DNA of 63,958 nucleotides, filler included, from Octopus bimaculoides (taxonomy: Eukaryota), in the NCBI RefSeq assembly GCF_001194135.2. It is 6 parts of 4 records of this genome, joined end to end, with 100 filler letters (N's around TTAATTAATTAA, not from the genome) between each part and the next. Parts side by side here need not be neighbours in the genome. Positions count along the whole stretch, not along the records: positions 22,699 to 45,183 come from NC_068991.1; 5 more parts are not named here. One strand, written 5' to 3'. Below are positions 24,993 to 38,657 of this stretch, in pieces. The notes below the pieces were generated by a model. It made no database searches. It worked only from the letters and a program-made list of their open reading frames with translations, and had not been told where the DNA came from. The translations under genes and the position numbers were made by a program. Position 1 is the stretch's first letter, and the number at the start of each line of letters is the position of its first letter.

Positions 24993-26525
24993 CATGAACA
25001 TATATATTATATATATTTATTGTCCTGTGTTACATTTTACGTTTATGTATGTATGTATGTGTGAATAAATACGTATATGTATATATACACGCAAAGAAGC
25101 ATATATTTTTGCATACATATATACATACACGCATACATGCCTACATACATATATACATACATACGTAGATACGTCCGGACTACACTTAGAGAGAGATATA
25201 GCTCCATGGAACATTAACCATACGTATGACTGTGCATCGGACGATGTGCAGACGAAGTCGATACTAAAATGTACATATGCAAGTTGGTTGAAAAAGAGAA
25301 CAAAAATGAGTTCTATAAATGCAACCACAACAACAATGAGGACAACAAAAACAACTACTATTACTACTACTACTACTACTACAAAAACAACATCAACAAC
25401 AACAACTACTACAAAGATCTTTTTGACATCAATGCTTTAGAAAAGCGAGATTGAGTGAGGTTGGTTCTCTAGGGACAGATTATATAAACCGTTCGCTTTA
25501 GACCCGTGTGCCCGCCACACTGACCTGCGCTTCCGTGATAGTCGCTTTAATGGCGGTTAAATGCCTTTTGTGTTGCAGTTGATGGTGAAATATCTAATCG
25601 ATTGGAAACACATATGAGGGAGCGACACATAGATAAATATAAACATATACATCCATCCGCCCATCCATCCATATANNNNNNNNNNNNNNNNNNNNNNNNN
25701 NNNNNNNNNNNNNNNNNNNNNNNNNNNNNNNNNNNNNNNNNNNNNNNNNNNNNNNNNNNNNNNNNNNNNNNNNNNNNNNNNNNNNNNNNNNNNNNNNNNN
25801 NNNNNNNNNNNNNNNNNNNNNNNNNNNNNNNNNNNNNNNNNNNNNNNNNNNNNNNNNNNNNNNNNNNNNNNNNNNNNNNNNNNNNNNNNNNNNNNNNNNN
25901 NNNNNNNNNNNNNNNNNNNNNNNNNNNNNNNNNNNNNNNNNNNNNNNNNNNNNNNNNNNNNNNNNNNNNNNNNNNNNNNNNNNNNNNNNNNNNNNNNNNN
26001 NNNNNNNNNNNNNNNNNNNNNNNNNNNNNNNNNNNNNNNNNNNNNNNNNNNNNNNNNNNNNNNNNNNNNNNNNNNNNNNNNNNNNNNNNNNNNNNNNNNN
26101 NNNNNNNNNNNNNNNNNNNNNNNNNNNNNNNNNNNNNNNNNNNNNNNNNNNNNNNNNNNNNNNNNNTATATATATATATTTATATATATATATTTATATA
26201 TATATATATTTATATATATATTTATATATATATTTATATATATATACATGTGTGTGTGTGTGTGTGTGTGCGTGCGTGTATGTATGTAAGTATTTACACA
26301 TATTTTCTTATACACATACATATAGATACATGCACACACACGCAAATGCGTGCATGTGCATACATATACCTACGTACAAATGATCGAAAATGTATAACTC
26401 AGATTTATGATTAGTGATTATATATTTCAGCCTCCAATAAATAAAATATATCTCAGCATTCCGTTATAAGCACTAAATATTCATATGATATACATTTATA
26501 TACATACATACGTAATATCTATTGA

Positions 26526-26686
26526 GGCGCAGGAGTGGCTGTGTGTTAAGAAGCTTGCTTCCCAACCACATGGTTCCGAATTCAGTCCTACTATGTAGCA
26601 CCTTGGTTAAACGTCTTCTACCATAGCCTCGGGCCGACCAAAGCCTTGTGAATGGATTTGGTAGACGGAAACTGAAAGAAACCCAT

Positions 26687-26690
<4 letters not shown>
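26526..26690 (+). mobile_element. SINE family A, 5' half
   Basis: ggcgcaggagtggctgtgtg...ggtagacggaaactgaaagaaaccc, ending in (TA)n. Confidence 0.9.
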
Positions 26691-26735
<45 letters not shown>

Positions 26736-27584
26736 GTGTGTCGTATAACTGGTGTGTAGCTTACGTATATGTTTACTAACGCTGTAACGTTGCTACTTTC
26801 TTTGGTATGATATTTCTTTGATAAATATTTACATTGATTGTATCCTGAACTTCAGAAGAAAGCTGATGATGTATTTCTCTACAGTTGTGGAAGGAATATA
26901 TATATATTGTGCATGTCTTTATTTAAAAATACCACACGTTGGTTTGGTTCTATCTTTTCTTCTGCCATCTTAGGATTCTGTCCGAGTAACGACTCGGTAA
27001 AAACATACAATATGCATTGAATATACACTCCAGCATGCATATTACTCCAACACAAATGGGAATTACTTAGAAAAATTACCCAGAAAAGCAGTGTATGTAA
27101 AAGCTTAAAATTAAAGTGGACCTCAGCGTATCTCATATTTGAAATTGCGTCCTGAATGATGGATGTTAATCATGTTAAAAATGACTGGAAAGACGACTCG
27201 AAAAGTTTAATGAATAAACATTAATTAGATACAAATCGTGACTGAAGTGTGACTTTTATCAGTAAGGTGACAACACCAAACATGTTTCGTACTTCTTAAC
27301 CCTTATCAAAGAAACATAGACTAATAGTTACGGCACGCTTTAGATTGACGTCATTGAAATAGGTTCTATGTGAATGGACGCCCAGTGATATAACAACTTG
27401 AAAGAAAATGATTGCCCTGGCTAAATGGGGACTAGATAATGAAGTAGGTACTTGCGTTCTTAATGTAGTGAGCCAGTTAGTAAGTTAATTGGAATTCAAA
27501 CTTGAGAAGGATCAATACCTAAATGGATAATTATGGTCAAAGAAGTCTCAAAATGTACATATACACACAAAAGCATATGTATAC

Positions 27585-27615
<31 letters not shown>

Positions 27616-27699
27616 AATACATACATACATAATACACACACACGCATGCACATGCACGCATACACACATATACACACAAGAACATACATATCTTCGTTA

Positions 27700-28040
27700 A
27701 TCTTTTGCTTGTCTCAGTCTTTAGACCGCGGCCATGCTGGGGTGCCACTTTAAAGAACTTTTAGTTGAATGTATCGACCCCAGTACTTGTTTTATTGAAG
27801 TCATTTGCCGGACCGCTAAGTTACGGGTATATATAAACACACCAGCACCGATTGTCAAGCAGTGCTGGGAGACAGACACAAAGACAATCACATTGATAGA
27901 TGTATATATATACATATACATATATGCAACAGGCTTCATTCAGTTTCTGAGGATATAGGAGAAGTCTCTTGCCTCAGTTGCCACGCAGTGAGGCTGAACC
28001 CCGAAGCAAGTTTATTATCACACAGCTACGCCTTCACCCC
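27700..28040 (-). mobile_element. SINE family A, decayed copy
   Basis: Reverse complement contains ccagcatggccgcgg, cgcttgacaa-like and aaactgaatgaagcc blocks. Confidence 0.8.
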
Positions 28041-28080
28041 ATACAGTATCTATCTGTCTGTCTGTCTGTCACTGTGTCTG

Positions 28081-28145
<65 letters not shown>

Positions 28146-28784
28146 GTGTGGGTGTGCGTGTGTGTGTGGGGGGGGTGTTGCTACTAATAGTGAATAGTGA
28201 ACAGTGAATAGTGAAAATGAATTTGATAGGGGTTGCATTAGCGGTGGTTGGTGCGGATGATGATGACGATGATGATGATATTGATAACAAGGAAGAGGTC
28301 GACGAAGAGAAAGTCAAGGATCACGACAACGTTAACCAAGATGCCGAGGAGCGAGCCAACTCTTTCGATGATAATCACTGAAATAGGGATCCCAGTGATG
28401 ACGATCATGATGGTGAGCGAGGATGGAAACCATCCAAAACTTTATAGACCAATGTTATGTTTAACTGATTCGCGTCCTGCTATTGAAATGTAATTATTTC
28501 ATTGACTCCTGTACGAGATTATCTGAACTGAGAGCGTATACGGGCGAAAGTAATCACCTTAACGCATTTAGATAGGCGCTTTATCTTGTCTCTCAGTGAA
28601 CTGTACCGATATTCTGCCATTGCACAATCGGATAAAATCAAGTATTTACTACATTGTCTTTGCTTCTCTCTCTCTCTCTCTCTCTTCACACCTCTATCTT
28701 TTTCATTTTCTCTGAACTCGCTGTTACTCATCGCAGAACTCCTCCCTGAAACCAATTTTCTTTTACTCTTTGTACGTACACATA

Positions 28785-29180
28785 GGCGCAGGAGTGGCTG
28801 TGTGATAAGTAGCTTGCTTACCAACCACATGGTTCAGGGTTCAGTCCCACTGCGTGGCCCTTTGAGCAGGTGTCTTCTACGATAGCCTCGGGCCGACCAA
28901 AGCCTCGTGAGTGGATTTGGTAGACGGAAACTGAAAGAAGCCCGTAGTATATATATATATATNNNNNNNNNNNNNNNNNNNNNNNNNNGTATATGTTTGT
29001 GTGTCTGTGTTTGACCCCTCAACATCGCTTGACAACCGATGTTGGTGTGTTTAGGTCCCCGTCACTTAACGGTTCAGCAATAGAGATCGATAGAATAAGT
29101 ACTAGGCTTACAAAGTCCTGGGGTCGATTTGCTCGACTAAAGGTGGTGCTCCAGCATGGCCGCAGTCAAATGACTAAAAA
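28785..29180 (+). mobile_element. SINE family A, near full length
   Basis: tRNA-like head (tggctgtgtgataag A-box-like, ggttcagtccc B-box-like), internal (TA)n with an N gap, and 3' block ggtgctccagcatggccgcagtcaaatgact. Confidence 0.92.
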
Positions 29181-29229
29181 AAAATTTCATCTGCTACTTT
29201 TGCCCTCTCCTTTCTCGCTGTTTTCATTA

Positions 29230-29900
29230 CCTCCTATCCTCACACACCTCTTCCTGTGACTACTCTCCATTTTCTGTGCTCTAGCTTATCTGCTTTATAC
29301 TCCACATTCTTCTTATCACTTCAAGTACTCATCATACTTATATTCTTCTACATTCCCTACTTCTTCAGCTTTCCTCACCCAGTAGACTTCATACCACAGT
29401 CTTCTCATACCAATACTCTTCTCCTCACACCTCTTCTTTTCTCCTCTCATCTCTACCCTTCCCCTCACATCAATGCATTTCTTCTCATACTTGCTCTGCT
29501 CTCCTCACTTAAATACTCTACCCCTCACACCTGTTCTTTTCGCCTCACGTCAGTACTCTTCTTTTCACACCTGTAATATTCTCCTAACAACATTCTTCTC
29601 CTCATACCTGTACTCCTTTCTTTACACTTGTACTCTTCACACCTTTACTTTTATCTTCCTACCTATACTTTTATCCTCGTACCTGTACTATTTTATTCAC
29701 ATTTGTTCTCTTCTTCTCATACTTGTACTTTTCTCCTCACGCCAATACTTTCCTCTTTACGCCTGTATCCTCCTCTTTATATGTGTACTCTTGTCCTCAC
29801 ACCTGTACTCTTCTATCCGCACCTGTTCCTTTCTCTTCACATCCGTATCCTTCTCCTCCCACCTGTATTCTTCTCTTTGGTTTCTCTGTTTTCTTGTCCT
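29230..29900. repeat. Degenerate pyrimidine-rich ~21-bp minisatellite (ctcctcacacctgtactctt-like)
   Basis: Recurrent cacacctgtact/catacttgtact motifs at roughly 21-nt spacing. This explains the four overlapping stop-free plus-strand ORFs. Confidence 0.75.
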
Positions 29901-30827
29901 TACGTCTTCACCCACTACCTTCTCACACTTTTCCCTTCTACTGCCCTCCTTGTCACAGTTTACGTACGTCTCACTCTACTACCAACACCTCCTTCGCCCG
30001 TTATTTCTCCTTTTCATGTCCCTTTTCTTTCTGATCTGTTTACAGTCCAGTCATGCCTTTTCCACCATCGCCAATACAAGCACCAACATCAAAAATCCGA
30101 CAACACACTAGCGATGTTGATGAAGTCACCAATATCACTGTTAGATTATGACAACACTAATTCCCACAGCAGATTCAGTCAAACGCATACACGTATGTAC
30201 ACACACAAATACACACACATACACATACACACACACATATACACACACGCACAGAGGCGTACACATACTCGCGTAATCACGCGCACATCATACGCACACA
30301 TACACACACACATATATGCGTATATATATATACGTTTGTGGTGCACATTTTCACGTCCACCACAAACGCAATCTTACACTCTGACACTTAACTGTGCTGC
30401 CGTCAGTTGTGTGTCGTCAGATGCAAATCGTTATTAAACGCCACATTAAGCAGGCCACACATCGATTAAATAAGGAGCTATCAATGACATAGGGGAAGAA
30501 AGGGCCGGGAGAGGAAGTCGAGGTGGAAGATGGATTCCGCAGCAAATAGAAAAAGAAAAGAAGAACACTGATAGGTATGTCGATATATAGAAGGGGAGAG
30601 AGAAAAGTAGAGATTTATGGCGAAAAGAGTGAGACAAAATGAAGCAACGAGGGACTGGAGGGCTGGAGGCGTAACGTTAAGTCGGAAAATAGAAGTTTGT
30701 TGGATTTAATAGATATTCATGTGCACTTTTATGTGTGTGTGAGAACGTGTTTATATATGTATGTACACACAAACACACAGACATACACTCATATATATAT
30801 ATGTATGCGTATATGTGTGTGTATATT

Positions 30828-30919
<92 letters not shown>

Positions 30920-30921
30920 TA

Positions 30922-31349
30922 TTCTTTTATTTGTTTCAGTCATTTGACTGCGGCCATGCTGGAGCACCGCCTTTTAAGTCGAACAAATCGACCCCGGGAC
31001 TTATACTTTGTAAGCCTAGTACTTATTCTATAGGTCACTTTTGCCGAACCGCTAAGTTACGGGGACGTTAATACACCAACATCGGTTGTCAAGCGATGAA
31101 GGGGGACTAACACAGAAACACAAACATACACTCACACATACACGCACACACACATACACAAACACACACATCTATATATATATATACGTCGGGCTTCTTT
31201 CAGTTTCCATCAACCAAATCCATCCACAATGCTTTGGTCGGGCCGAGGCTATATTAGAAGATACTCGCCCAAGGTGCCACGCAGTGGGACTGAACCGAGA
31301 ACCTTGTGGTTGGTAAGCAAGCTACTTACTACACAGCCACTCCTGCGCC
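30922..31349 (-). mobile_element. SINE family A, full length
   Basis: Exact reverse-complement layout of 28785-29180, ending ...cacagccactcctgcgcc. Confidence 0.92.
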
Positions 31350-33340
31350 AAACAAAATGGAATTCATGAGACTATTCAGAACCACTACGATTCTTTCAGC
31401 TCACATACACCGATAGCTTTCAAGTGAGATGCTGTACATCTTAAATTTTGTAAAAATTATTGAAAAGACGATTGTGCTCAGTTTTTTTTTTTTTTTTTTT
31501 TTTTTTNNNNNNNNNNNNNNNNNNNNNNNNNNNNNNNNNNNNNNNNNNNNNNNNNNNNNNNNNNNNNNNNNNNNNNNNNNNNNNNNNNNNNNNNNNNNNN
31601 NNNNNNNNNNNNNNNNNNNNNNNNNNNNNNNNNNNNNNNNNNNNNNNNNNNNNNNNNNNNNNNNNNNNNNNNNNNNNNNNNNNNNNNNNNNNNNNNNNNN
31701 NNNNNNNNNNNNNNNNNNNNNNNNNNNNNNNNNNNNNNNNNNNNNNNNNNNNNNNNNNNNNNNNNNNNNNNNNNNNNNNNNNNNNNNNNNNNNNNNNNNN
31801 NNNNNNNNNNNNNNNNNNNNNNNNNNNNNNNNNNNNNNNNNNNNNNNNNNNNNNNNNNNNNNNNNNNNNNNNNNNNNNNNNNNNNNNNNNNNNNNNNNNN
31901 NNNNNNNNNNNNNNNNNNNNNNNNNNNNNNNNNNNNNNNNNNNNNNNNNNNNNNNNNNNNNNNNNNNNNNNNNNNNNNNNNNNNNNNNNNNNNNNNNNNN
32001 NNNNNNNNNNNNNNNNNNNNNNNNNNNNNNNNNNNNNNNNNNNNNNNNNNNNNNNNNNNNNNNNNNNNNNNNNNNNNNNNNNNNNNNNNNNNNNNNNNNN
32101 NNNNNNNNNNNNNNNNNNNNNNNNNNNNNNNNNNNNNNNNNNNNNNNNNNNNNNNNNNNNNNNNNNNNNNNNNNNNNNNNNATATACATATATACACAAG
32201 CACACTATTACATACACATTGCGAGTGATAATATCCGTTTTAATGGAATTTCTGGGCTTTCTATAATTTTAACTTTTAATTTCAAGGCTTCAGTGCTATT
32301 GGCATGTGATGATTTTGTTTGAGATTTGGTGTTTGCGTTTGTGGTTCGTAAACTAAAAGCAAGTGTAAACATAATGGGCCTATTGTGATGATATTTGACC
32401 ACTGCACCTTGTCTAACAATTTCCAGAAAGTGTTTTAAAATACTTGACACCATCGGATTGAATGGTACTGCCCTGGTGTCGAAACAGTATATCTGTGAGG
32501 CAGCTGGAGATGGGATAAGTTTGATGTGCTTGATAATCGGTACGTGTTGTTGACTGTGAAACCTTTTGTATCTTGTGTTCTTGTTAGTTTCTAATTTCTA
32601 CTTCATTGAGATTTTTAAAATCTAGTAAGGGTTACAAATGTTTAGAAGTTTATGGCTAACGGATGTTTTGTTGCGTAAATAGATTCTACGTGTATGTACA
32701 AACACACTCCCTTACACACACACATGTACGTACGTACATACATACATACATACATACATACATACATACATACATACATACATACACATATATGTGTCTG
32801 TGTCTGTGTAAGTATGTATTTCTCTAGAAACATGTTATATTGAAGGCGTGAGATGTTTTCAATGTTGGACTTCAATAATTTTGATAAAACATTTCCTTTC
32901 TTACTTTCTTCTCAGTGCTTCATACTTAGGAACATCATCGCTCCAAGGACCACTGGTAAGACATAGTTAGCCTATCTTCAGAAGAGCATTATAAATGTGC
33001 GATGTTGTGATGTGTTGTAGTAGACAAAAACAGAATCATAGGAATAATGTCATCAACGGATTTAAAAGTGTTTAAAAGATAATTTTGGATCACTTTTTTC
33101 TTTTTCTTTTTCTTTTTTTGTGTGTGTCTTATCTTTTGAGTATTGAATTTTGTTGTATTTTGCTATGAATAAAGCTTCCACAATTGAATTTCTAGTTTTC
33201 TTCTTTTGTAGAATTCTATACGGCACAATAGTTTTATCAACTACGGATTCCGTGAACTACTTCTTATAAGTGCATAATCAACCAACGGGTGAGTGAGTCA
33301 GAGAATGAGGAACTGGTGATATTATGAGACATGCAAATAA

Positions 33341-33540
33341 GGCGGTGAGCTGGCAGAATCGTTAGCACACCGGGCAAAATGCTCAGCGGTATTTCACCTG
33401 TCGCTACGTTCTGAGTTCAAATTTCGCCGAGGTAAACTTTGCCTTTCATTCTTTCGGGATCAATTAATTAAATACCAGTGAAGCACTAGTTCTCTCCCAC
33501 AAAATTTCAGGCCTCGTGCTTATAGTAGAAAGAATTATGA
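33341..33540 (+). mobile_element. tRNA-derived SINE family B
   Basis: ggcggtgagctggcagaatcgttagc (A-box-like)...gagttcaaatt (B-box-like)...tagtagaaagaattat. Related copies lie at 3250, 53048 and 54983. Confidence 0.88.
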
Positions 33541-33599
33541 TACATGCAAATTCACTGGGATTCACTGGGAAAGGGAAGTTAAAGAAAAACCGAGATTTT

Positions 33600-33750
33600 A
33601 TTCCAAGGAAAGAAATATCGCCTAATTGATATGTTAATTCTATCAGACAATAATGGTACATCGCTAAAAGATCTGGAAATAAAGATCACAAGAATGTAAT
33701 GACTGAAAAGAGAAATAATCTCAGTAATGATTGGTGGATTGTAAATCATT
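33600..33750 (+). mobile_element. Short R4/Dong RLE relic
   Basis: LIDMLILSDN...KDLEIKITRM**LKREIISVMIGGL matches the recalled IDxxIPxD...KYKDLEIEIxRMW...IPVIIGALG pattern. Confidence 0.55.
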
Positions 33751-35744
33751 ACAAAAACATACAAATAATATATAAACAACGCTCCGGTTCTTACGTATAT
33801 GTACAGTATTCAGATATCAGCACTACAAGTCTCTGCACGCATATTTCTTAGAGTGTTTTCAGTATGATAGAAATTGCTATAACAACAACAACAAAAAATC
33901 CTTGCGCATAGAGAAATTATAACCAACAGGCCTGGAAAACGACATTATACAAAATGAATAAAAGACTTTCTTATCGAGAGGACAGATACCCAAGTACCTG
34001 CTAGCCAATGAAACAAACCCACAGATCCAAGATTATTCTGACTACTATACGCCAGTTTTCTCTTTGAGTTGTGTTCTCTGGCCCACAAATGCATGCAGAG
34101 AGTTGGCCTATCCAAATGGGCTATTCAGGCCACTCTCACCTTTCATGAAATTTGCCGGAGAGCATTCTCCCCCTCACCCATCTCGATAAGAAATAGAGAA
34201 CTTATACAAATATAAATAAATATCCTTTAAAAGAAATAACCAGAAAGCGTGATATGAAAATAGAAACAATGTCTTAATAGTAATATTGGGAATAGCTTTA
34301 AAAAATATGCGTAAAGAAGTACACAACCAAAACAACCCCAGGAAATACAAGTACACATCACACATAGAACATGATACAACTGGCAACTGTTCACACACAC
34401 ATGCGCACACGCACATAAACACACTCATACACACACACGTGCATACACACACGTACATGCATACACACACTCATAAACACATACACACACTCATACATGT
34501 ATGTTGCGTAAATTTAGAGTGAGGGCCACCATTAATTCGACAAACTTCATGGCCGCATAAAAAGAGTCTTCAGGGTTGTTCTGTTGACCCTGTGCTTTGT
34601 GAGATTTTACCCGAATAAAATTCGCTCACCGTCACCATCACCATCACCACAATCTTCACCATTACCAAGAACAATCAACACATTTAACTACTTATTCATT
34701 AAACCAACTGTAAAAAAATCAATCAAGTCAACTAACCAGTCATTCATCACACATCTATCTAATCGACCAGAAACTCACACAACTCCTCACTAATGCCAAC
34801 TATTTAATTACTCACCCAACGATCTAAATTATCCAATCAAGAAACTAATCATCAGCCTTCCTTACATTTAATCCATACATCCAGTCATCTAGTCGGTCAA
34901 CCACCCAACCAACCAACCAACCGCTCCGCCAAACACCCAGTCAGCCAGCCAGACACTCAACTGGTTAACTCTCACCATTCTGTGTGTCATGTGTGTCGGT
35001 AAAATTACTTACTTTCAGTATGATCGGTGTTTTAATTTCCAACATCACTCTGTCCTATTATCGCTGACATGACGGTCGGGTCTGTTCTGTGTTTGTCACG
35101 GAAAACAACGACCGATCATTCTTAGACCAATACACGTCTCAAGCATGTCAGATGAGAATACTGCTTTACACTTTACATCATAATACAACACAACACAACG
35201 CACCAAATTATAAAATACACACTACATTACACTGGCACAACACACCAAATATCACTGCATCACATCATAGTACAATAACACCAAACTATAATGCAATGCG
35301 ATACAATGTTCTATAACTCACTGTGCTATTAAATACAATGCACTACGCCGCATTGCAACAAACATGAGCTATGGCTGGAACCTGTATGTGATTGTTCAAC
35401 TTGAGAGAAATAGCAGCCAAACCACACCAATAACAGAATTACATAATGTAATCCTAAATAGCTCTACAAAGATAGGTAATCATAGTTGGACAGGCTTGAT
35501 AATAGGCTTGCTCAATCAGGGTTGACCTTGGACTAAACACAACACAATACACGACAACCTAGCAGAAAAATACAACACAGTACACAACCTAGCAGAAAAG
35601 CATACCGCATTGTTTAATATCATAACACAACGTATAACACTGTTAAACGATGCACTACATTGTTCCACCCTCTAATAACACATTGTAGTGCACTGTTACA
35701 CAACCTTTCAGATCACCTCACACCCTCACACTGTATGTTGCGTT

Positions 35745-35935
35745 GAGTCAAAAAATTTTCAGTATTTTGGTAATTTATTTGCTTTATTTTTCAAGCAGAC
35801 TCGCAACGCTTCAACAAGCAAGAGTAGGTGGAAGCTTCAGTGACAAGAAGAAATGGTATCAGCGTAGAATCAAAGAACTGGCAGAAAGGTGGCTTCAGAC
35901 GGTTGCAACACGATGACCGCTACAAAACTATTTTT
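35745..35935 (+). mobile_element. Possible non-autonomous mariner relic
   Basis: WYQRRIKELAERWLQTV resembles the mariner transposase C-terminus (FYxxGIxxLxERWxKxV). Confidence 0.4.
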
Positions 35936-36119
35936 AAACCACCGTTTGAAAATTATTCAACTTCGAAACCAAGGTGTGTTTAATCAATACGAGATACAGT
36001 ATATTGCACGATATTGCACTGTTAACAGTATTTCCAGATTTTGAAAGCCGAATAAGAAGTTTGGCATTGTTTGTCATTGCCAATGGCAAGTGAACGACTT
36101 ATCTGGTTGTAACTGATTT

Positions 36120-36828
36120 TTCTGGACTGTGATCTTAGAGCTTGAGAAGGAGAACCACTCTACATAAAGAGCAAATCCGTTTCCCGCAATACAAGCAAAT
36201 TCCTCTCAGTGAACATACAGAAAAATGTGCAGATAACATCAAACCAAATTTCACAGTCTTCTCCTTCTGCCAGTGCAAAGACACAATCTCTCCACAAGAA
36301 CGTTTAAATAAAGAAACGTTTAAATAAAGGAAATTTTTTCATTGAGAAATACAGAGCACGTCTTAATATGCACGCATAACCAACTTTTATCTATTTACAT
36401 ATTTCAATTCACGATTACATCACTGTACATAAATCCCCTCACTAAACAGGTTTCTCGAAACCTTTTTTTTTTTGTGTGTGTGTGTACATATATTCCCCTC
36501 CCCTCACCGAAAGCTGAACGGTTATCTCCCTTACCCACAACAATAACAATAATAACGATAACCAACTACCTCCCCTTGTTTTTCTACTTGTAAAGTCATT
36601 GACTCGTAAATATTATCACAAACAACATGGACAAAAATTTCTTCTTAAGAAAATACATATTCAAATAAGTAAACCATAATATCATGAATAGCGAAAACGA
36701 AACCGGTCGATATACTAAAAATTATATTAAAACTATGTAAAGTGTGTGTATTTTCCGTTTTTAATTTCTTATATATATTACAACTCACCACGAGGGGATA
36801 ATCGAAATTCCTCCTTTTCTGTTACTAC

Positions 36829-36830
<2 letters not shown>
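36120..36830 (+). mobile_element. PLE 3' fragment (GIY-YIG C-terminal half, 3' UTR and degenerate hammerhead)
   Basis: LRRRTTLHKEQIRFPQYKQIPLSEHTEKC...RLNKE...FFIEKYRARLN*, then an HHR-shaped motif at 36679-36713. Confidence 0.65.
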
Positions 36831-36880
<50 letters not shown>

Positions 36881-37817
36881 GTATGTATGTATATGTATGT
36901 ACATATATATGTATGCATGTATGTATATATGTATGTATGAATTTATGTATGTATGTGTATATATCATAAGAGCACATGCAGCGACTACCTGGTAGCAAGT
37001 GGAGTTAAAACCCTCATCTTAACCAATGACACTGAAAAATTCAACAGACAACAACAGTTATAACTACACTTTCTAGCAGGTAGGCGCTTCGTGTGCCCTT
37101 ATGATAAATATAAATTTTAATTGTATACCTATCTAACGCTATTTAACTATTCAACCCCTGCAGCCACCAATACTTTTTCTGGTATTATCGTCAATTTACA
37201 TTTACTGCAGATAGTAATAACAATAATAATATCTTTATAAATGTTTGCTTTTGAAATTTTACTCCTTATATCTATCTATCTATCTATATCTATCTATCTA
37301 TCTATCTATCTATNNNNNNNNNNNNNNNNNNNNNNNNNNNNNNNNNNNNNNNNNNNNNNNNNNNNNNNNNNNNNNNNNNNNNNNNNNNNNNNNNNNNNNN
37401 NNNNNNNNNNNNNNNNNNNNNNNNNNNNNNNNNNNNNNNNNNNNNNNNNNNNNNNNNNNNNNNNNNNNNNNNNNNNNNNNNNNNNNNNNNNNNNNNNNNN
37501 NNNNNNNNNNNNNNNNNNNNNNNNNNNNNNNNNNNNNNNNNNNNNNNNNNNNNNNNNNNNNNNNNNNNNNNNNNNNNNNNNNNNNNNNNNNNNNNNNNNN
37601 NNNNNNNNNNNNNNNNNNNNNNNNNNNNNNNNNNNNNNNNNNNNNNNNNNNNNNNNNNNNNNNNNNNNNNNNNNNNNNNNNNNNNNNNNNNNNNNNNNNN
37701 NNNNNNNNNNNNNNNNNNNNNNNNNNNNNNNNNNNNNNNNNNNNNNNNNNNNNNNNNNNNNNNNNNNNNNNNNNNNNNNNNNNNNNNNNNNNNNNNNNNN
37801 NNNNNNNNNNNNNNNNA

Positions 37818-38657
37818 CAGCATGCGATAGGTGAATTGTCACCATTTTATATTTATCATTTCGCGCATGCACATTGTATTTGATTTTGTCAACTACCCAG
37901 TATTATAGGGTCAGCTGGGCACCGTCTGTGAGAAAAGCAGCACCATGACACAATTCACTCTGCCAAATATATGCTCTGCTGCTTGGCGTTCGCGCCGGCA
38001 TTTCCTATACAAACATTTCAGAGAATAGTGCAATCTGAGGACATGTATCGAGTATGATAAAAATCAAACATCCAGTCAACATCGTAGTGCTTGGAGTGAT
38101 CATCCATTATGCATCCATTCATCTTCCCATACGGCCTCAGACTCAACACGGAGGCCTGTATCAAGTTCCCGTAGAGGTAGTGCTGCCCTAGGTCAAGAGG
38201 TTGGCTGCTGGAAGACTCTCTGTCTCGCAACGGGACTCTGCACCATGCCACACAAGCAGAAAGACCCAGTCATGACTCAGACAATTTCTGCGACCACATC
38301 ACCCCTAACATCTGGCCACCTAACTCCCCACACTGCAACCACCTTGATTATTAGGTGTGGGATGCAGTTGATTGAGAGATCAGCAAAACTCCTTGTAACA
38401 GCAAAGATGGACCGAAGGCAAAGATTATTTTAGCATTCACCAACTTAAACAAGGAGACCATTTAGAACAGTTGTAAGAGATTCCGAAGCCGTCTGAAGAC
38501 AGTGGTTGAAGCCATTGACGATTTTATCGAATAGATTTACTCTTTGGTATTTCAAAATATTTTAATGTAATTTTGATAAATATATACGTAAAAATGAGAT
38601 GCCAGCGTTATTTTCATTTTTGCATAATTTAGACAACTGTTTATTCACCACACCCTG
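37818..38657 (+). mobile_element. Internally deleted DD37D (maT-type) Tc1/mariner element
   Basis: 5' cag...aattgtcacc and 3' ...caccctg|TA termini. The N-terminal coding start (atgacacaattcactctg) is joined to a catalytic-domain remnant: KHPVNIVVLG, DSAPCHTSRKTQS, WPPNSPHCNHLDY*VW, RFRSRLKTVVEA. Confidence 0.85.

Noticed and set aside
31487-31506. Poly-T next to a gap as a retrocopy tail
   Set aside because: The body would lie in the N gap and cannot be assessed.
32208-32453. Minus-strand LKLKVKIIESPEIPLKRILS, resembling a PLE linker
   Set aside because: A single short motif; too weak to annotate.
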